A stretch of DNA of 55,546 nucleotides from Plasmodiophora brassicae (taxonomy: Eukaryota). Positions 21,003 through 34,739 of the stretch are shown here, one piece after another. The number at the start of each line of letters is the position of its first letter. The first letter of the stretch is position 1. The notes under the pieces are model-generated. The model saw only the letters and a program-made list of their open reading frames with translations, did not search any database and was not told the origin of the DNA. The stretch covers positions 868,001-923,546 of the forward strand of contig CP145423.1 of the NCBI GenBank assembly GCA_036867785.1. Reading direction: 5' to 3'. The position numbers were made by a program, and so were the translations under genes.

Positions 21003-21864
21003 TCTGAGGCCATCAGCCCAACCGCTACGAAGAAAGTTGGGCAGCACACCTTCCAGATGATGACCCTGTCCGATGAAAGTGCGAGTCATGGTTCAATGAG
21101 TATCTGTCGACGAGGCCGTCCAAGGTACTTTTGAAATCGAATCAATGCGGCAATTAGGCGCTAACTAAGTTTCTGGCGAATGCTCTGTAGGGGCCAAATT
21201 AAAAACAGACGAAGAGACGCTCGAACGTATGAACACAGGCGACCTTCGCCCCGATCCGTATTCAGGCAGTTTGCCTTACAAGTTTGGGAACGCCTTTCAC
21301 TTCACGCTGTGCACATTGTTTGTTGCTCAACACGATGCAGCGAATTTTCGACATGGTAGATTGCCCTGCCGATAAACAGGACATGCATATCGAGCAGGAA
21401 TTTCGAGCAGGTACCGTGCCATGAGGTATGAGTATCACGTCCTTCTTATCGGCAAAGCAATCTACCATGTCGAAAATTCGCTGCATCGTGCTGAGCCACA
21501 AACAATGTAGAGTACACAGCGTGAAGTGAAAGGCGTTCCCAAACTGGTAAGGCAAACTGCCTGAATACGGATCGGGGCGAAGGTCGCCTGTGTTCATACG
21601 TTCGAGCGTCTCTTCGTCTGTTTTTAATTTGGCCCCTACAGAGCATTCGTCAGTTAGCGCCTAATTGCCGCATTGATTCGATTTCAAAAGTACCTTGGAC
21701 GACCTCGTCGAAACGTCGACCAACGTCTGGTGATCGTCTCTCGCACTTTCGTCCGACATGGTCATCATCTGGAAGGTGTGCCCAGGTCCTTCATAGAGGT
21801 TGCGCCCCATGTATATCGTCTGCTGGTGGCCATTGCTGTGATTGAGCATGGGCTGTTGGCGTCA
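21003..21864. repeat. Foldback (arms ~21003-21375 and ~21446-21864, ~70-nt loop)
   Basis: 21181-21375 is an almost exact reverse complement of 21446-21645; weaker complementarity extends outward. Confidence 0.9.
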
Positions 21865-22212
21865 AGGCCTATGCACATCCATACGGGGCCAATCACTATC
21901 ATCAGCTGATGTCAGCTGCCGTCAGGCACAGGTAAATGCAATGCACGTCACGTGCATTACTATGATCGTACCCTTGCGTTCACGTGCTGCGGTTTAGGTG
22001 CGACTACAGTGCTGAATATGCTTGCAACAAGGGCGATCCCTTACTGTTTGGGCAGCGTCGGTATTCGTGAATGGATTCGGCTGCCAACAAGATGGTGGTG
22101 GAATTCGTCGACGGTTCACGAAAGCGGGGAGCGCATCTCTGACGATCTTCTGTGCTAGCTCCACCATCACTTTGTAACGAAGGATTGTGCGTCCGTCAAC
22201 GATCATCCTTGG

Positions 22213-22677
22213 GTGATGAACTATCTCCAAGCATGCGAGTCGTTTGCCGATGCAGCCAACGCCTCAATCAGCAACTACGACGAAATTTTCTGTGCTCTGG
22301 GCCAGTTCGATACGTTCTGTCGTGACCGGTTCGGGACCCACCTGGTTTCCGATGAGGCCACCGTTTACCAAAGCGCCCAGATGGTATGTGCATTAGACCC
22401 ACATAGCATTGCTATTCTCTGAGATTATGTTGAACTCGCAGGGCATGTGACCTGGAAAGCTCGAAACGAGAACACAACCAACGACAACAACTACGCCGCT
22501 GTTGCAGACCCTCAGAGCAACGTGTACCTTGGCGACATTGGCCGACTGTTGCGCATCGAAATGCCACGTGTTGTCGATGAAGACCATGCATCCCTGACAC
22601 CGTTGACGCTGGATTTATTTCAATGCACAAGGTTGGCGTATTTAACTCGTGTGTTCAACCTCGCTGTATATCTCTAA
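22213..22677 (+). pseudogene. Possible decayed DNA-transposon (CACTA/Plavaka-like) coding remnant
   Basis: Broken frames; DNNYAAV...YLGDIGRLLRIEM...LDLFQC loosely resembles the YxGxI...LFxC pattern of CACTA-associated domains. Confidence 0.25.
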
Positions 22678-23571
22678 TGTTGTTGTACTGTTAGCTGGGT
22701 TGACATGATTCCGTATCCGACATCCGGCAACATTCCCCGGTACGTTAACCTTCAGAAGGGCCGACGTACCCTTGGCGTTTCGAATAGCCCGCTGTTCCCA
22801 GTCGAGCACGCCATACCGACCAATGTGGTGTTGGTGCCTAGCGCTCTGCCACGAGACCCACGTCGCAGACCGCGAGTCCCTACTCACCTGGTGTGCTTGC
22901 TTTCCAGAGCAAATACCACGGCTGCTGGCATGGTGACAACATCAACACGTTGTTGAACGTATTGCTGCTCGTCTGAACAATACCTGTCGTAATACACTGT
23001 TTGGCCGTCGATGAACGAAGCGATGCCCTACCGGACTTCTTGAGTGCATCTCCAATGCATGCATATAGGTATGTTTGTGATAAGACAAATGTATCTTCGA
23101 TGCATCACCTGTCAGATACGTCGCCGATACATCGAGCAAAAACATAACTCCTCTGCATCGGATTTCGATCCTGAGCTCCTGACACTGAATCAGGTGGAGC
23201 AAACGGTTAAACCAGAGTACGTGTCGTCCCTGCTTCATGGTTTGTCGAATCGTCGCGTTGTCGCTTCTCAGGCAGGATGCGCCGACCCCATGTGTATACG
23301 ACAGCGATCAGTGGCACAAGGAACGCGAAGACAAACACACGTACGGTTATTGAGGTCAATTGATGCTACTAGCATACAGTATATATACTCGTAGTCGACC
23401 TACGTGCCGGGACATCGCACGTTTTAGGCGACATTACCCTCGCCGCTGTTAACTCCAGGCTTACAGCATAGTATCGAGTCTCCGGCTGTAGGACGATGGC
23501 AACATCGACGTCCACCTTTCCGGTCCCGGATGGCATCCTGATCATCATCACTACCAGGCCGGCACCGGCTA

Positions 23572-24009
23572 TCAGTCTACTACGTACCATCGACGCCTGC
23601 CCAAACTAAAACGTACCAGTATTGGGTATTCCACTTGCAGAACGTGCATCGATGACGTCAGTGTGCGATTGCAGATACCTATGATTGTACATAAACGATG
23701 CGGCTCGGGGCAGACTCGGCATCCCATTCCATGCCAATGATCACATATTGCCATCCATGTCCTTGCCCAATGCGCGCTGGTGGAGGCCAGCGCACGTATA
23801 TGACGTGTGGTCGTACGCAAGACGAGCACGCCCCGCCCCCCTCGTATGGTAGCAGCAGCTTGCTCAGGAGGCTTTCCTTGATGACTGCCTCGGATCCAAA
23901 GATCTTCATTGGAACGACCACGAAGGGCTGGCCCTGCTGTTGCTCCATGTAAAACCCGTCGCATGACATGCACTTGCCAGCAGCAACGTTGTCGAACATC
24001 ACTCATCAC
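23572..24009 (-). pseudogene. Possible degenerate USP-like protease fragment
   Basis: Two CxxC pairs (CMSC, CSSC) spaced as in USP fingers, then IIGICNR...VRF....WYVVD in a shifted frame; catalytic boxes not recognisable. Confidence 0.25.
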
Positions 24010-24452
24010 CAGGTGGCATGCGAAGGTTGCACAGCGGTATCTGCGACTGGCACTGCCGGCATCGGCATGGAATGGTGCTCCAAGGACGACCCCTGGAGAA
24101 TGGTCGCCTCGAAATCAGGGCTTCCATTAGCGCTATATTCACGCCATTCGCACTGCCCAGTGGGACTTGCTGACCTGAGAAAACGGTCCTGCTACGTCCG
24201 TACGTATTTCATCGTGGCCACGCCACTGGCACCGTGCTGACAACGCAGTGCGCGTGCCGCGTCGGCTCGGGATGACGGAGTGCGGGACGGCGGCGCGCGG
24301 TGCCCCGGTGCTGCGGACACCTGCTAAACATCCCTGCCGACGGCCCATGATGCGCGCCGCTCTCGCCGTCCTACTGCCACTCATCGTCGTCTGCAACGCC
24401 GTCAAACGGTGCGCCACCAGGTCCTGCATCTGTTGTCGATGCGCACCTGAAC

Positions 24453-25682
24453 GTGCCGGTTCGACCGTATAGGGAGAATGTCGGCGGCCCTGCCGACCGC
24501 CGCGTCAGCATATACGACGCCGTCGTGCTACTGGAAGCGGCGCGGTCGTCCCTCTGCGAAGCTGACCTCACCGTCCTCAATGTTGGCCTGTGCTTCGGTA
24601 CCGAGGCGTTCTCGCGCATCCCCAGGCCGTCGGGTGACCGCCCGACCGACAATCGCGCATCTTGCGAGCCTATTCGTCATGGGCCAAACGCAGCAGTGTT
24701 CACGTCCGCGTTCCGTCTCCTAGAGCGCCGCCTGATCAAAGACTTGCTTTTTAAAAAGGAGGTGATCGTCGGCGTGTACAGATGGGCCGACCGGATCTTG
24801 AACGATGCCGAAAGACAGGCGGTCGCGCCACCGCGTCGTGCTCGTCCTGTCTCTCCCGGCAGCACTGACCAGTTGGCTTCCGCCGTCCGCGCGCTCCGGA
24901 CCGACCATGTGCTCCGGTTCGGTCGCGATCTCCTTACGAGGAACGACTTTGCGATCCGCGATGCAAACTTCGTCGACCTGCCCGTGCAACGCTTCTGGAA
25001 TGTGGCCCGTGTGCCTGTCGATGACCTGATGAATGCGATATCCGAGACCGCGAACCAGATCTCGGCGTCGCGGTTGATGCTGCATCAGCTGATCGCTGAC
25101 CGACTGATCCTGTATGACGTGTACACCCGGGTTCTGGACCTGGCCTCTTCGGTATGCAGTTTGGCAGAGGACGCCATTGCGACGAACACCGACCGAACGT
25201 CGCCAACGACAGGCCCGGTGATGGTTTCGCGGCTTCGTCTCCTAATCGGCCGCGTGCGCCTGCTGGTTGACCAGATTGAGTACATGGGCGTCCTGTACAA
25301 GGATGCGCTGGAGCGCCTCGAGCAAGCGCACAAGTACATCCAGCAGAGTCTGGAGGCGTGCTGTGGTTCGCTGCTGTGTGAGGAAGTGCTCGGGGCGTCG
25401 GCAGAGACATCGACTCCTGCACCTATGCAGTATGCTGCCTCTACGTCGACAGGCATAGAGCCGTTGTCTGCGGAGGCGTGCGGTTCTGTCGTAACCCACA
25501 CGGGCAACAGCCCACTATTGCCATTTGACCAAGGTACGGATGCGACTGTGCGTCCCGAGGTGGTGGACATAATTGTCCAAGCCGTCATGAACCCAAGCCC
25601 TGCTCTGCGAGGATTGCTTGCTGGAATGCCCCAATCAGGTACGTACGTGGACGGACTGTGGCGGTGTCGGCCCTGTGGATGA
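24453..25682 (+). CDS. Hypothetical helical protein (409-aa ORF)
   Basis: Long ORF with protein-like composition; no motif recognised. Confidence 0.5.
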   Translation: MPVRPYRENVGGPADRRVSIYDAVVLLEAARSSLCEADLTVLNVGLCFGTEAFSRIPRPSGDRPTDNRASCEPIRHGPNAAVFTSAFRLLERRLIKDLLFKKEVIVGVYRWADRILNDAERQAVAPPRRARPVSPGSTDQLASAVRALRTDHVLRFGRDLLTRNDFAIRDANFVDLPVQRFWNVARVPVDDLMNAISETANQISASRLMLHQLIADRLILYDVYTRVLDLASSVCSLAEDAIATNTDRTSPTTGPVMVSRLRLLIGRVRLLVDQIEYMGVLYKDALERLEQAHKYIQQSLEACCGSLLCEEVLGASAETSTPAPMQYAASTSTGIEPLSAEACGSVVTHTGNSPLLPFDQGTDATVRPEVVDIIVQAVMNPSPALRGLLAGMPQSGTYVDGLWRCRPCG

Positions 25683-26250
25683 CATCGTCGATGTTCGCGC
25701 AGCCACCATCGCCAAAGAGCTTCTCGCGTGCGTTGTGTGTACTGGTGACCGGCGGACAACCATGGAAACGTCGCCGACGGTGACCATCAAGGACGACCGC
25801 TGCTGATTCGGACGCACCGATCTCGATGTCTCGGGCGGCTTTTCAGGCGTCGCTATATACCGGGACCTTCTTTGCAGGATTCAGCTGGTTCTGTCTACTC
25901 GTTGGAGTGCTCGACGCTGTGGAAGATGTGTGTTCATATGGGTAGACCGTGCTGAGTGCCGGCGGTGTACGCCTGGACGTCGTGGTTAGGCAACACCTGG
26001 AGGACGCTTCGTTGCAGGCGATCCCGACGTCGTGCTGCGGTGCGGCGTGAGGTCGCTTGGGCGGATGGCGGTGCGATGCACATGTCTGAAGGGCGGCGTA
26101 GTCATGCGATTCGGTCCCGTCTACGCGCCGGTATTGATTAGGTACTCCTATTGAGTATCTGGTGCAGCCCGTTGGCTATTGTCGGCGGCCAGCGGGTCCG
26201 CGGCGGTCATTGTGCCACGACGCAGGGGCATTCGACGTCGCCCTGGCGGG

Positions 26251-28004
26251 ATGAATGCGTCCGAAATGATCAGGAAGAACGCGGCCGAATTGCTGGCCCC
26301 GTTTGTTTTGGGAGACGCTGAGCCGACCGTGAGGGACCTATATTGGATCGCTTTCGACGACGAGGTACAACAGAACGGCTGTTTCCAGGAAACTTGTCTA
26401 GACCTACTAGATGTGCAACTCTCGAATATGAAGGACGATATCAGGCGTTTAGAGCTGCACCATCTCCTAAGTTGCATGTCGGCTGATGTCGGGCTATTCC
26501 TTGGACCATGCCCTGTTAAGTGTCGGTTCGGGAGACGCATCTTTGAGCTCGCACTCGGCGATACAACACATCGGTTTCCTGAAGGCACTCTTGAAGACAC
26601 CCGTTTGATATTCGCTGATGAGGCGACGCAGTTCGTTTTGAAGAAGTTGACGCTGAAGCGAGAGTACGTATAATAGTGCACGGTTTAGACGTCCGTATTT
26701 GAAACACTCCTACCCAGGCGCAACGCCAAGCTCCTTCGCGCTCGACAGATATCAGGTATATCGCCATTGCACATCTGAGTTATGTTGTATTGGACTACTC
26801 TTTGCATACTAACATGCGTCAATCACGCAGAGCACCTATCGGACCACGAACTGGATGATCGCGTCGAACAAGGACATGAGTCCAACCCGGAGGGGGATGT
26901 ACCCGGGAACACGAATCATCAGTACGCGACTCCTTGCAAATCTTTTACGTTACTCAATAGCTGATTCACGATTGCTCTACCGTAATAGGTTCAAGCGCGA
27001 CGGTGTGTTGCATTAACATAAACTGTCTCCAACAGCCACGCCTGACGGTCATTGTTGAATCGTGCAGGTCAGCCTTCATGCGGTGCACCGGAGATTGATA
27101 ATCATCAGTATGCTTCGTGCGATCCTGTTACTATTTGCCTGAATGTGTGTTTGTCATCGTACTGTAGGATCGAACCAGCCTGCAGCACCATGCTCGTCGG
27201 TATGTATCCTTGAACGCCGCCGCGTCCCAGGTCCTGCGGCTTCTGACTGGCGTTATCGACTCTTAAGAGTGCCCATTGGAGGAAGAACAGTACTTTGAGG
27301 CTGAAACGGCCTACAATGCTCCACGGTACGCGTCATCCAATTCCATTCTCATGTTGATCTTATCGGAGTATGCTGCTGTATAGGTCCACGCGTCGTACCG
27401 AAGGCAATGGTATGTTTCTGCAATCAACGTCTCGTCCATTCCGCGCGTGTCTGACTCGCATTCTCCCAACGTGTAGGGCTACACTCAGACGATGATCAGG
27501 ACGATTCATCGGAGCGGTGAGTTTCCTTAGTACTCGGTAACGCGCGACTCATTTGAACTCATTCTGCTTTCCGGTTAAGGTCCAGAGTAATGGTATTGCC
27601 CGTTGCAACAGGTATCACCTATTTGAACATATTACGAGTGTTACTTATCGTTATTTGCATGATTGCAGGCCCTTCTACGCAGGATGCTTCCAGGTCCCGA
27701 CGTCGCTCATCAAGTAAGTGACAGAACTGTATGCAATGATTGCCTTTGGTGATCGCACGTTGCAGGCCGTCCCGTTACAATAGACAGCGTGACGGCGAAG
27801 CGTCATAAGCCGGCGTCCGCGTTCATTGTGAACGGCGTGGACCATCGAAAGTACCCGGTAGTCGACAGCAAAGGGCAACTCGTCGAAGAGAACAAGAACA
27901 CGCCTTATTGGCGAGCGATCAAGTGTCGCGTGTGCGAGCAGCGTTTCGCAGACCCTGGTCGTCGCAGGCAGCACGAAACGTCCTGTTACGAAAGTCGCCT
28001 CTGA
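26251..28004 (+). CDS. Probable multi-exon hypothetical gene ending in a C2H2/C2HC-type zinc finger
   Basis: Opening ORF MNASEMIRKN..., a run of short AG|exon|GT blocks at ~27000-27780, and terminal CRVCEQRFADPGRRRQHETSC. Exon structure not resolved. Confidence 0.45.
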
Positions 28005-28564
28005 CGCCACCCATGTGTTCCATGTATTACCCCGAATATATCTTCTGGCCCGATACTTCTCAAGGTGCTGACACGGCCTGTCGGCATTCTGCACGAGGCG
28101 CAGGCGTTCGGACATGGTGTCCACAGCAGCAATCCGCCCGGGCGGCAGCCGACGAGCTGGGCGATACGCCGACGACTACCAGACGCGAATGCAGATCGAT
28201 GTACGACGTAGCCTAACGTGGCGATTCCCTGCCGCACGGCGCACCGGCGTGTCGTCGCAGGCTTCGTAGCGTCTTGTGGCATAGAACGGCGGTTCTAAGC
28301 ACCAGGCAGCTGGTCGTCGACCCGCTGGGCAGCCCGTCTATTCAGCAAGCGTCCCGACACACGGCATGCAGGAAGGTTGGGTCGACAGCAGGGACGAAGC
28401 GATTGCTGCCCCGGTGCTAGCTGCCTAAACCAGTTGCCGCAAGGAGGCGCTTTCTCTCTTGTGCAATGCTACCTCCTATGAGTAATGATGTTCACCATTA
28501 ATAGTTCGTCCGTTGGCCAGAGGTCATCCACGGCGGGTTCGGCGGCCAAAACAACGCGGCGGAG

Positions 28565-31500
28565 GTGCTGCTGTCGGACGGACCCCGTGGACCCCCGCAA
28601 CATTCACTGCTCCCTGGCGCCTGGACTCTGAACAGGTCGATGGAGGTCGACGCGGCCGACGAAGGCCCGGTTGCTGTGGTTCCTGTCGAACAGTTCATTA
28701 GACGCGCCCGGCAGTCATCGTTGGACGATGACGCCTTGCTGCAGCTGGCTGTCTCTGGCGATGCGCCTTCGAACTTCGCGTTTGATCCGACACCGTTCAG
28801 GGACCACCCCGCGGCCTTGTCCCTCAACGCCGAGGACCGCGTGTCCATCGACGTTACTGGGGTGATGATTATGTGCCACCCTTTGGCAAACCCGTTTGAG
28901 TTTGTCAAGCCAACGTGTGATCTCGGTGGAATCGCCGTGTCGGTATCGGCGAGTTGTCACCAGGCTGCCGCGCTACAGCATCTATTCGGAGGGTCAATGG
29001 CTCCGGATGTCCTCGGCGCAAGCCATTGCGATCGGGCGGATTGGCATGTACCGGGTGCTCCTGGTCTCGTTTGACACGCGCACAAACATCTCCGATGTAC
29101 AACGTTGCTGGAAAGAGGCCGCGAAAAGTGCATGCCGGCACCTACTTCGTGGCAAGAAGGGTGTCATGATGGGACATTACCTGGTCCGGACAGCCAAACA
29201 TTTGAGGGAGATCGGAGCTGCCATCGGGCAGCGAATGGACTGCTCAACCATGCGTCCAATTGTTATGCGTCGTTCGCAGAACGTTTCCCTTGTCGAGACT
29301 GCAGCGGGCATCGTGTCGCCTCGTTTGCGGCACGCCATGCATGCGCACATCAGCCAGATCAAATCAAACTTCGATTTTAGCAACTGGGATACCCTATCAA
29401 TGTCTCTGGCGTTCGTGGTGAAAACGAAAGGCTACCATCCGTTCATTCACCTTGGTGATGACATCGGTAACAAACTATTTTTGTTACATTGTCTTCATTC
29501 GTTGCTAACGTTGCCGGTACAACAGAGCAAGCGATGTCAGATCACGAGGGTGACGACGACAACGGTTCGTACGGGGGATTCGTTAGAAGTGCAACCCATG
29601 CGCAGTCGCCTGACTTTACCGACAGACAACGTCGATGGTGACGAAAGCGAGGCAGACGATCGTAACGACGATGCTCACGATCACTCTTGTATGTTCATGG
29701 CGACGTCTTCTGTTCGTGGTCGTTAGTGTCAAGTCGAATTTGTGGGGACCAAGATCCTAACGACTTTCTTTATACTTTCAGATGGCGACTCCGAGATTGG
29801 GTCTTTATCTGATCACGACGTCACGATCCATCCGTCAACAGACGATGGTCAATTATACGTCCAAGTGCGCCGGTCGTGTTATAATTTGTAACGGTTGCCC
29901 TTTCGACCAGGTATCGTCTCGCGCAGCGATTCCGGTTCCTTCATCACGCTTGCGCCGTCAACAGATGATGGTAAATTCGGTTTTGAGTATCCTGGTTGTG
30001 TGATAATTTGTAACGGTTGCCCATTCGACCAGATGTTGGCTCGGGCAGCGATTCTGGTTCCTTCATCACGGTTGCACCGTCAACAGATGATGGTAAATAC
30101 GTTGTTCGAGTACACGTAACCAGTTTCGTAACGGATGCCCTTTCGGACAGAAATCGTCCCTGATTCGACGATCCCTTTGGGGCCGTCAACAAGTGAAGGT
30201 CATCATCGGTATAATAACTGGTGACAATATTTGTTCATCTGGTGCCCTTTTGCCAGATGACGTCTCCGACGGCGATTCCGTTTCCGAGATCGAGATGGGG
30301 ATTTCATCACGCGAAGGTTGGTGTCGCTGTCTGCCTACTCATAGCAATGTTTCTAATATTGTTCCATTAGATCACGCGCTTGACGGCGATTACGGTTCCG
30401 ACACTAATTTGAAATCATCCGTCGAGGGTTGGAGTCGGTTCCCGCATGCGAGGACGATGATCATAATAACTCACTGCCTCGGTGCCAGATGACGTCAATG
30501 CCAGTAAGGGCAGTACCGCGTCCAGTGAGGAGAAGTCGTCGTCCTCAGAGCAGGATGACGAAGGCGACCAGGGTTCCGCTAATGAAGGTAATATTTGGCG
30601 CCTGCTGAATTGCTCCAATGGTTTGACCAGGTTCCCATTTCCTGAATCCAGAGTATATGGCTGTAGACGAACTGGAATCGGTCCCCAACGACTCAGAGTC
30701 TGGTGAGAGAATCGCTGTGATCATTTTGTGAATTGGGGGTTTCGGCTAATTGCATTCAACAGAAGGCGACGGGAGCGATCCGCTAGGTTCCATGAGTGGT
30801 CATGAGCGGAATTTCAACGCGGGCGAGCTGCGGCGATTCCTGGTGAGCGCTAACCATAAGTTTGGCAACTTCGCCCTTGAAAGAAAGCCAAAACGGTTCG
30901 CCAACCTCGATGCCCCAGTGACGCGTGTTGCTGGTGTCTCTGGTTACAACCCGTACCATTTCGGAGCCGAACAGGATATTCTGTTCCAGAAGTTGAAGCC
31001 TTTGACGACGTGCCTTGCCAGTCTGATATCGGCTGCGTTTTCGACTCACCAGACGGGCGCCAAACGACGTGCTGTGATCGACAAACGCAAACGTGATGTG
31101 GAGGATTCGCACACCGCCTACTTGTTGGCGAGACGGGGTCGTGGCCAAGAGGTATGTCGCTACTCGTCCACGATTCGGTCGACTGACGAACATATCTATT
31201 CGCTTTGTGAGTTCAGTTCGTTGTGGTAACAAGATGGTCTGCCGCTGTTGCAGCGGGGAAGCTGAACGACACGGATGTGGCAAGACTGGCCACTAACCAT
31301 GCCGGGGAACTGTCCCGATGGTCGATCGACGACCTACTTCTTCCCAGTGGGGTTCTGGTCCCGGCTGCACAGTTTAATGGGTACCTGCGGGGGTGCATCA
31401 GTGTCGTTGTTCGCTCAATCCTGCGTACTGTCGAGAAGTACCAAAATGATCGAATGCCGTTCGACGTCGCAGCAAACCTTCAAAGTTTACGCCTCCGGCT

Positions 31501-33402
31501 CTCTGCGGTCCTTACCGGCATGTCGTATAGGCCCAGCGATGCTAGTAAGTACGTCGGCACTGTGGACCATCTAGGGCGTCTGCTCGATGGTGTCAGTTTG
31601 CCGAGCGCGTATGTAAGGCGTGACATACTTTTCGCATTCCATTGCACTCCAGATGGCATGACGCAGCTTCGCCTCGCCTTGTCGCACGATGCGGACGTGA
31701 ATGGCGAGACCGCATGGGACGCCTGCATGAACATATCCACTGCCGAGGACTTGTATATGGCTGTAAAGCGCATCTCAGAAAACGGCAGGATCAACTGGAT
31801 GGTCGGCCTCGTTAAACCTCGGCAGGGTATTATACGGGCATCGCTGAGGCCGTTTTCTCGCACCGACTGCTACCTGGCCTACTGCGCGTGCATGGCTATG
31901 TCGCACCCCCTGTATGTGCACGATACCGTTCCAACCAGGCATCTGTGGCAGTCCGAGTCCTTGGCGCTCTTGGCGCTGGTAGAAGATTGCGCCTCATTTA
32001 TTATGTCGTCGCTGTCATCGCGGATGTCATTCGCACGATGCCCCACCCAAGACCAACGTGTCTCTCTGAAGGAGAACGTGCGCAATTTGTTTCGAGATTA
32101 TTCCGGCTCGCTAGGTGATCTAGAGGCTGTCAAGAATATCGCTACGTCGCTGGGCGGGCTCCGTGTAATCGTGCTTCAAGGGTCGTTCACGACGTTGGCG
32201 ACCATCGTCCATCCCAAAGGGGGCCAAATAGTTTGGGACAAACAAGGGCGGACCAACGGGTGAGTACGCCGATCGGATGAAGTACCTAGCTTCATTACAA
32301 TGTTCCTTTCTGACTGCAATCTGTCCCAGGTACACTCTACCCGTGCTTCTAGAACTATCCAAGCGAGCGGATGTGCAAGCGCAGAGTATCATCGCCGTGA
32401 GCACTAGTCATCACATAGACGCCGCACGAAGGCGGGAGAGCCTTATCGATGTTCTTGGCAGTCGCTTTGGCGAACTGACCACCCTGGTCTTGCCGTCATT
32501 TACATCTTCAGTAATGGGTACCGATTGGGGCAAAGAATCCATCGTCTTCGTCGAGTGGACCAAAAGCTGCCCCGAAGAAACGTTCCGTCGCTCACAGTTG
32601 ACGATACAGGACCTGCGCCGGCAGCAAGCATCTGAATTTGTTAACGAGATTCAGGATATCGACCGCGTTGAGCAGGAGGGGAGGCAGATACATCCGGTCG
32701 GTGCACTTGACGAGGAGCGGGTGTGTGACGAGTTCTTCGAAAGACCCCGCGTCAAGGACCTGCTGTCGGACGCATCACAGTTGATGCGGACGTTGGTGAT
32801 GAGGCGACAGCAAAGAGTGTGGCCGTCGTTCGGGACCTCCTTCGAAGACGAGCTTGACAACTACGTCGTTCCGGACATCGATTCGCCGAGTCCAATGGGC
32901 AAGATATATAGGTACCGAGTTGCAGGAGTTTCGATTCACAAACTGACGCCAGAACACATATATAGGTTCTTTACAAAATGGGTCATCAGAATCATCAAGG
33001 ATGAAGCACGGAGGCAAACACTGCAGGTCGGTCCTGAAGAGCTTATGCAATCCAGCACAAGGTTGTTGGCGTGTATACTTGGTCAGCTATCGCATTGCAG
33101 CACACCCGTGTCAAACCTGATCGCGTATGCATGTTGTCGGCTTAGTTTCGGTTCAAACCCAGCAATGGGTAACTGAAGGTCGAATCAGTCCACAGCTTCG
33201 TCAACACATCGTATCCAAGAAAATTGCAAAAACCCACCAATGGATACAGCACACGGCAAAGAGGAATCGGCCAATCCTCAATATTGCCACCTGCTGGATG
33301 AGGTCGCCGCACGTTACTAAGGACACACCGGTGCGCAACGGAGACATTGTTTGGAGCGGATGTCACTCCGTCCAAGACATCATCCGTTCTCTGAACCTGT
33401 AG
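28565..33402 (+). pseudogene. Large fragmented or spliced gene of unknown function
   Basis: Chain of co-oriented ORFs (28565-29074, 28896-29726, 30750-31229, 31223-32263, 32277-33176, 33127-33402) linked by frameshifts or short introns. Confidence 0.5.
29830..30190. repeat. Tandem repeat, about 122 bp x3, diverged
   Basis: CCGTCAACAG at 29832, 29955 and 30077; ATAATTTGTAACGGTTGCCC at 29881 and 30003. Confidence 0.8.
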
Positions 33403-33636
33403 CGCCACCAACTCCCGAATAAACATGCTAGACGATGCGCGGTGCAACAGATGGACTGTAACGGCGGGGTCTGCATGCGACGATCAACCGCCCGAGCACA
33501 GTGACGGTGCGCACTGCGCCGCTCGGCTACATGGTGGCGAGCGGCGGCAGCGCGGCCACTGATGAACGCGCGTTGCGAGATGAACGTCCCGAGCCGCTGG
33601 CTTTAGAAGTAGGATACGATAGTTGCTGTGCTGCGT

Positions 33637-33708
33637 CGGGTCGAGGACACCGACACACCGGGTCGAGGACACCGACACACCGGGTCGAGGACACCGACAC
33701 ACCGGGTC
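33637..33708. repeat. 22-bp minisatellite x3
   Basis: CGGGTCGAGGACACCGACACAC repeated perfectly. Confidence 0.9.
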
Positions 33709-34739
33709 GCGGGTAGGTTCCCGACCGCGGCGCCCGGGACGTGACCAAGAGCGGGGGAATGTCTTGAAGGCGGCGGCGCGCGCTGCTCAGCGGCCCTGAA
33801 CAGGGAGATCAAAGTGGCTTCGTGGCGTTGAGCTGTTGTAGCCGATCTCACGCGGGCTTCATCGACGTCTGCGGCAGCCTGGCTTCCGTTCCATGTTGAA
33901 GATCCGGCTCAATGAACGCAGCGATACAGTCCTTCCCGGCTAGCGAAGCGACGCCCTGGGCCGGATTGCCATAACCAGGTCGTGCGTCCTAGACGCTGGT
34001 GATTAATGGAGAGCCGGGTCGGCATCCGGCGCGACACCGTCGTCGAGTCGGCAGCCGCCGGTGCGCGTCGCTTGAGGACCTCGTAATCCTGCAGTTGTAG
34101 AGCCGCGAAGTCAAAAGCATCACGGTAATTAAACCGCCTGCCCAGGATGCGCCAGCGGAACCCGCCAACCAGTCAACGGGTGCAGCAAGCACATGGAGTC
34201 GATGCAAGGCGCCAGGAGGAACCGGGGCGTCGCGTTGGCGCCATTGTTTCGTCCCCAGAAGGTTCCGCCGCTGAATGCAGTACGCTGCATTGACCAGGCA
34301 ATGTGTCAGGTTTCAGATGGCCAACAATCTTGGCTACAATTAATCAGCGACAGAGCGTTCTTAGGACGAGCAGCAGCGCCACTGCGCATTGACTGACCAG
34401 ATCATCCGCGATCGTACAGCGGATCATTCGTCGTCGTCACGATACTCTGGTGATACACATGCTGTCCCTCACAGTGACAACGCGTGTCGTCGTACCACGA
34501 AGCTCTGAGCGCTTCGCACCCTGAAGGCTTCCTTAAGCTTTACAGTACAGGGATCCGTCCCCAGCAACACAACCCGGTACGAACGTTTAGTCTGTGCTTG
34601 ACTGCTGCACGGCTTTGCAGGGTGGTGGTGCGGCGAGAGTTCCGCGTTCCGACGAGCAGGTCCATCGGGATCGGCAGCAGTGTCGTCGTCAACGGCCTCG
34701 TTCAGCGGGTGGGCCGCATACCCCGCCGATGGCAAATGG

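Noticed and set aside
33559-33590. CTGATGA-stem-GAGA hammerhead-like motif
   Set aside because: GAGA instead of GAAA, and no convincing stems I and III.
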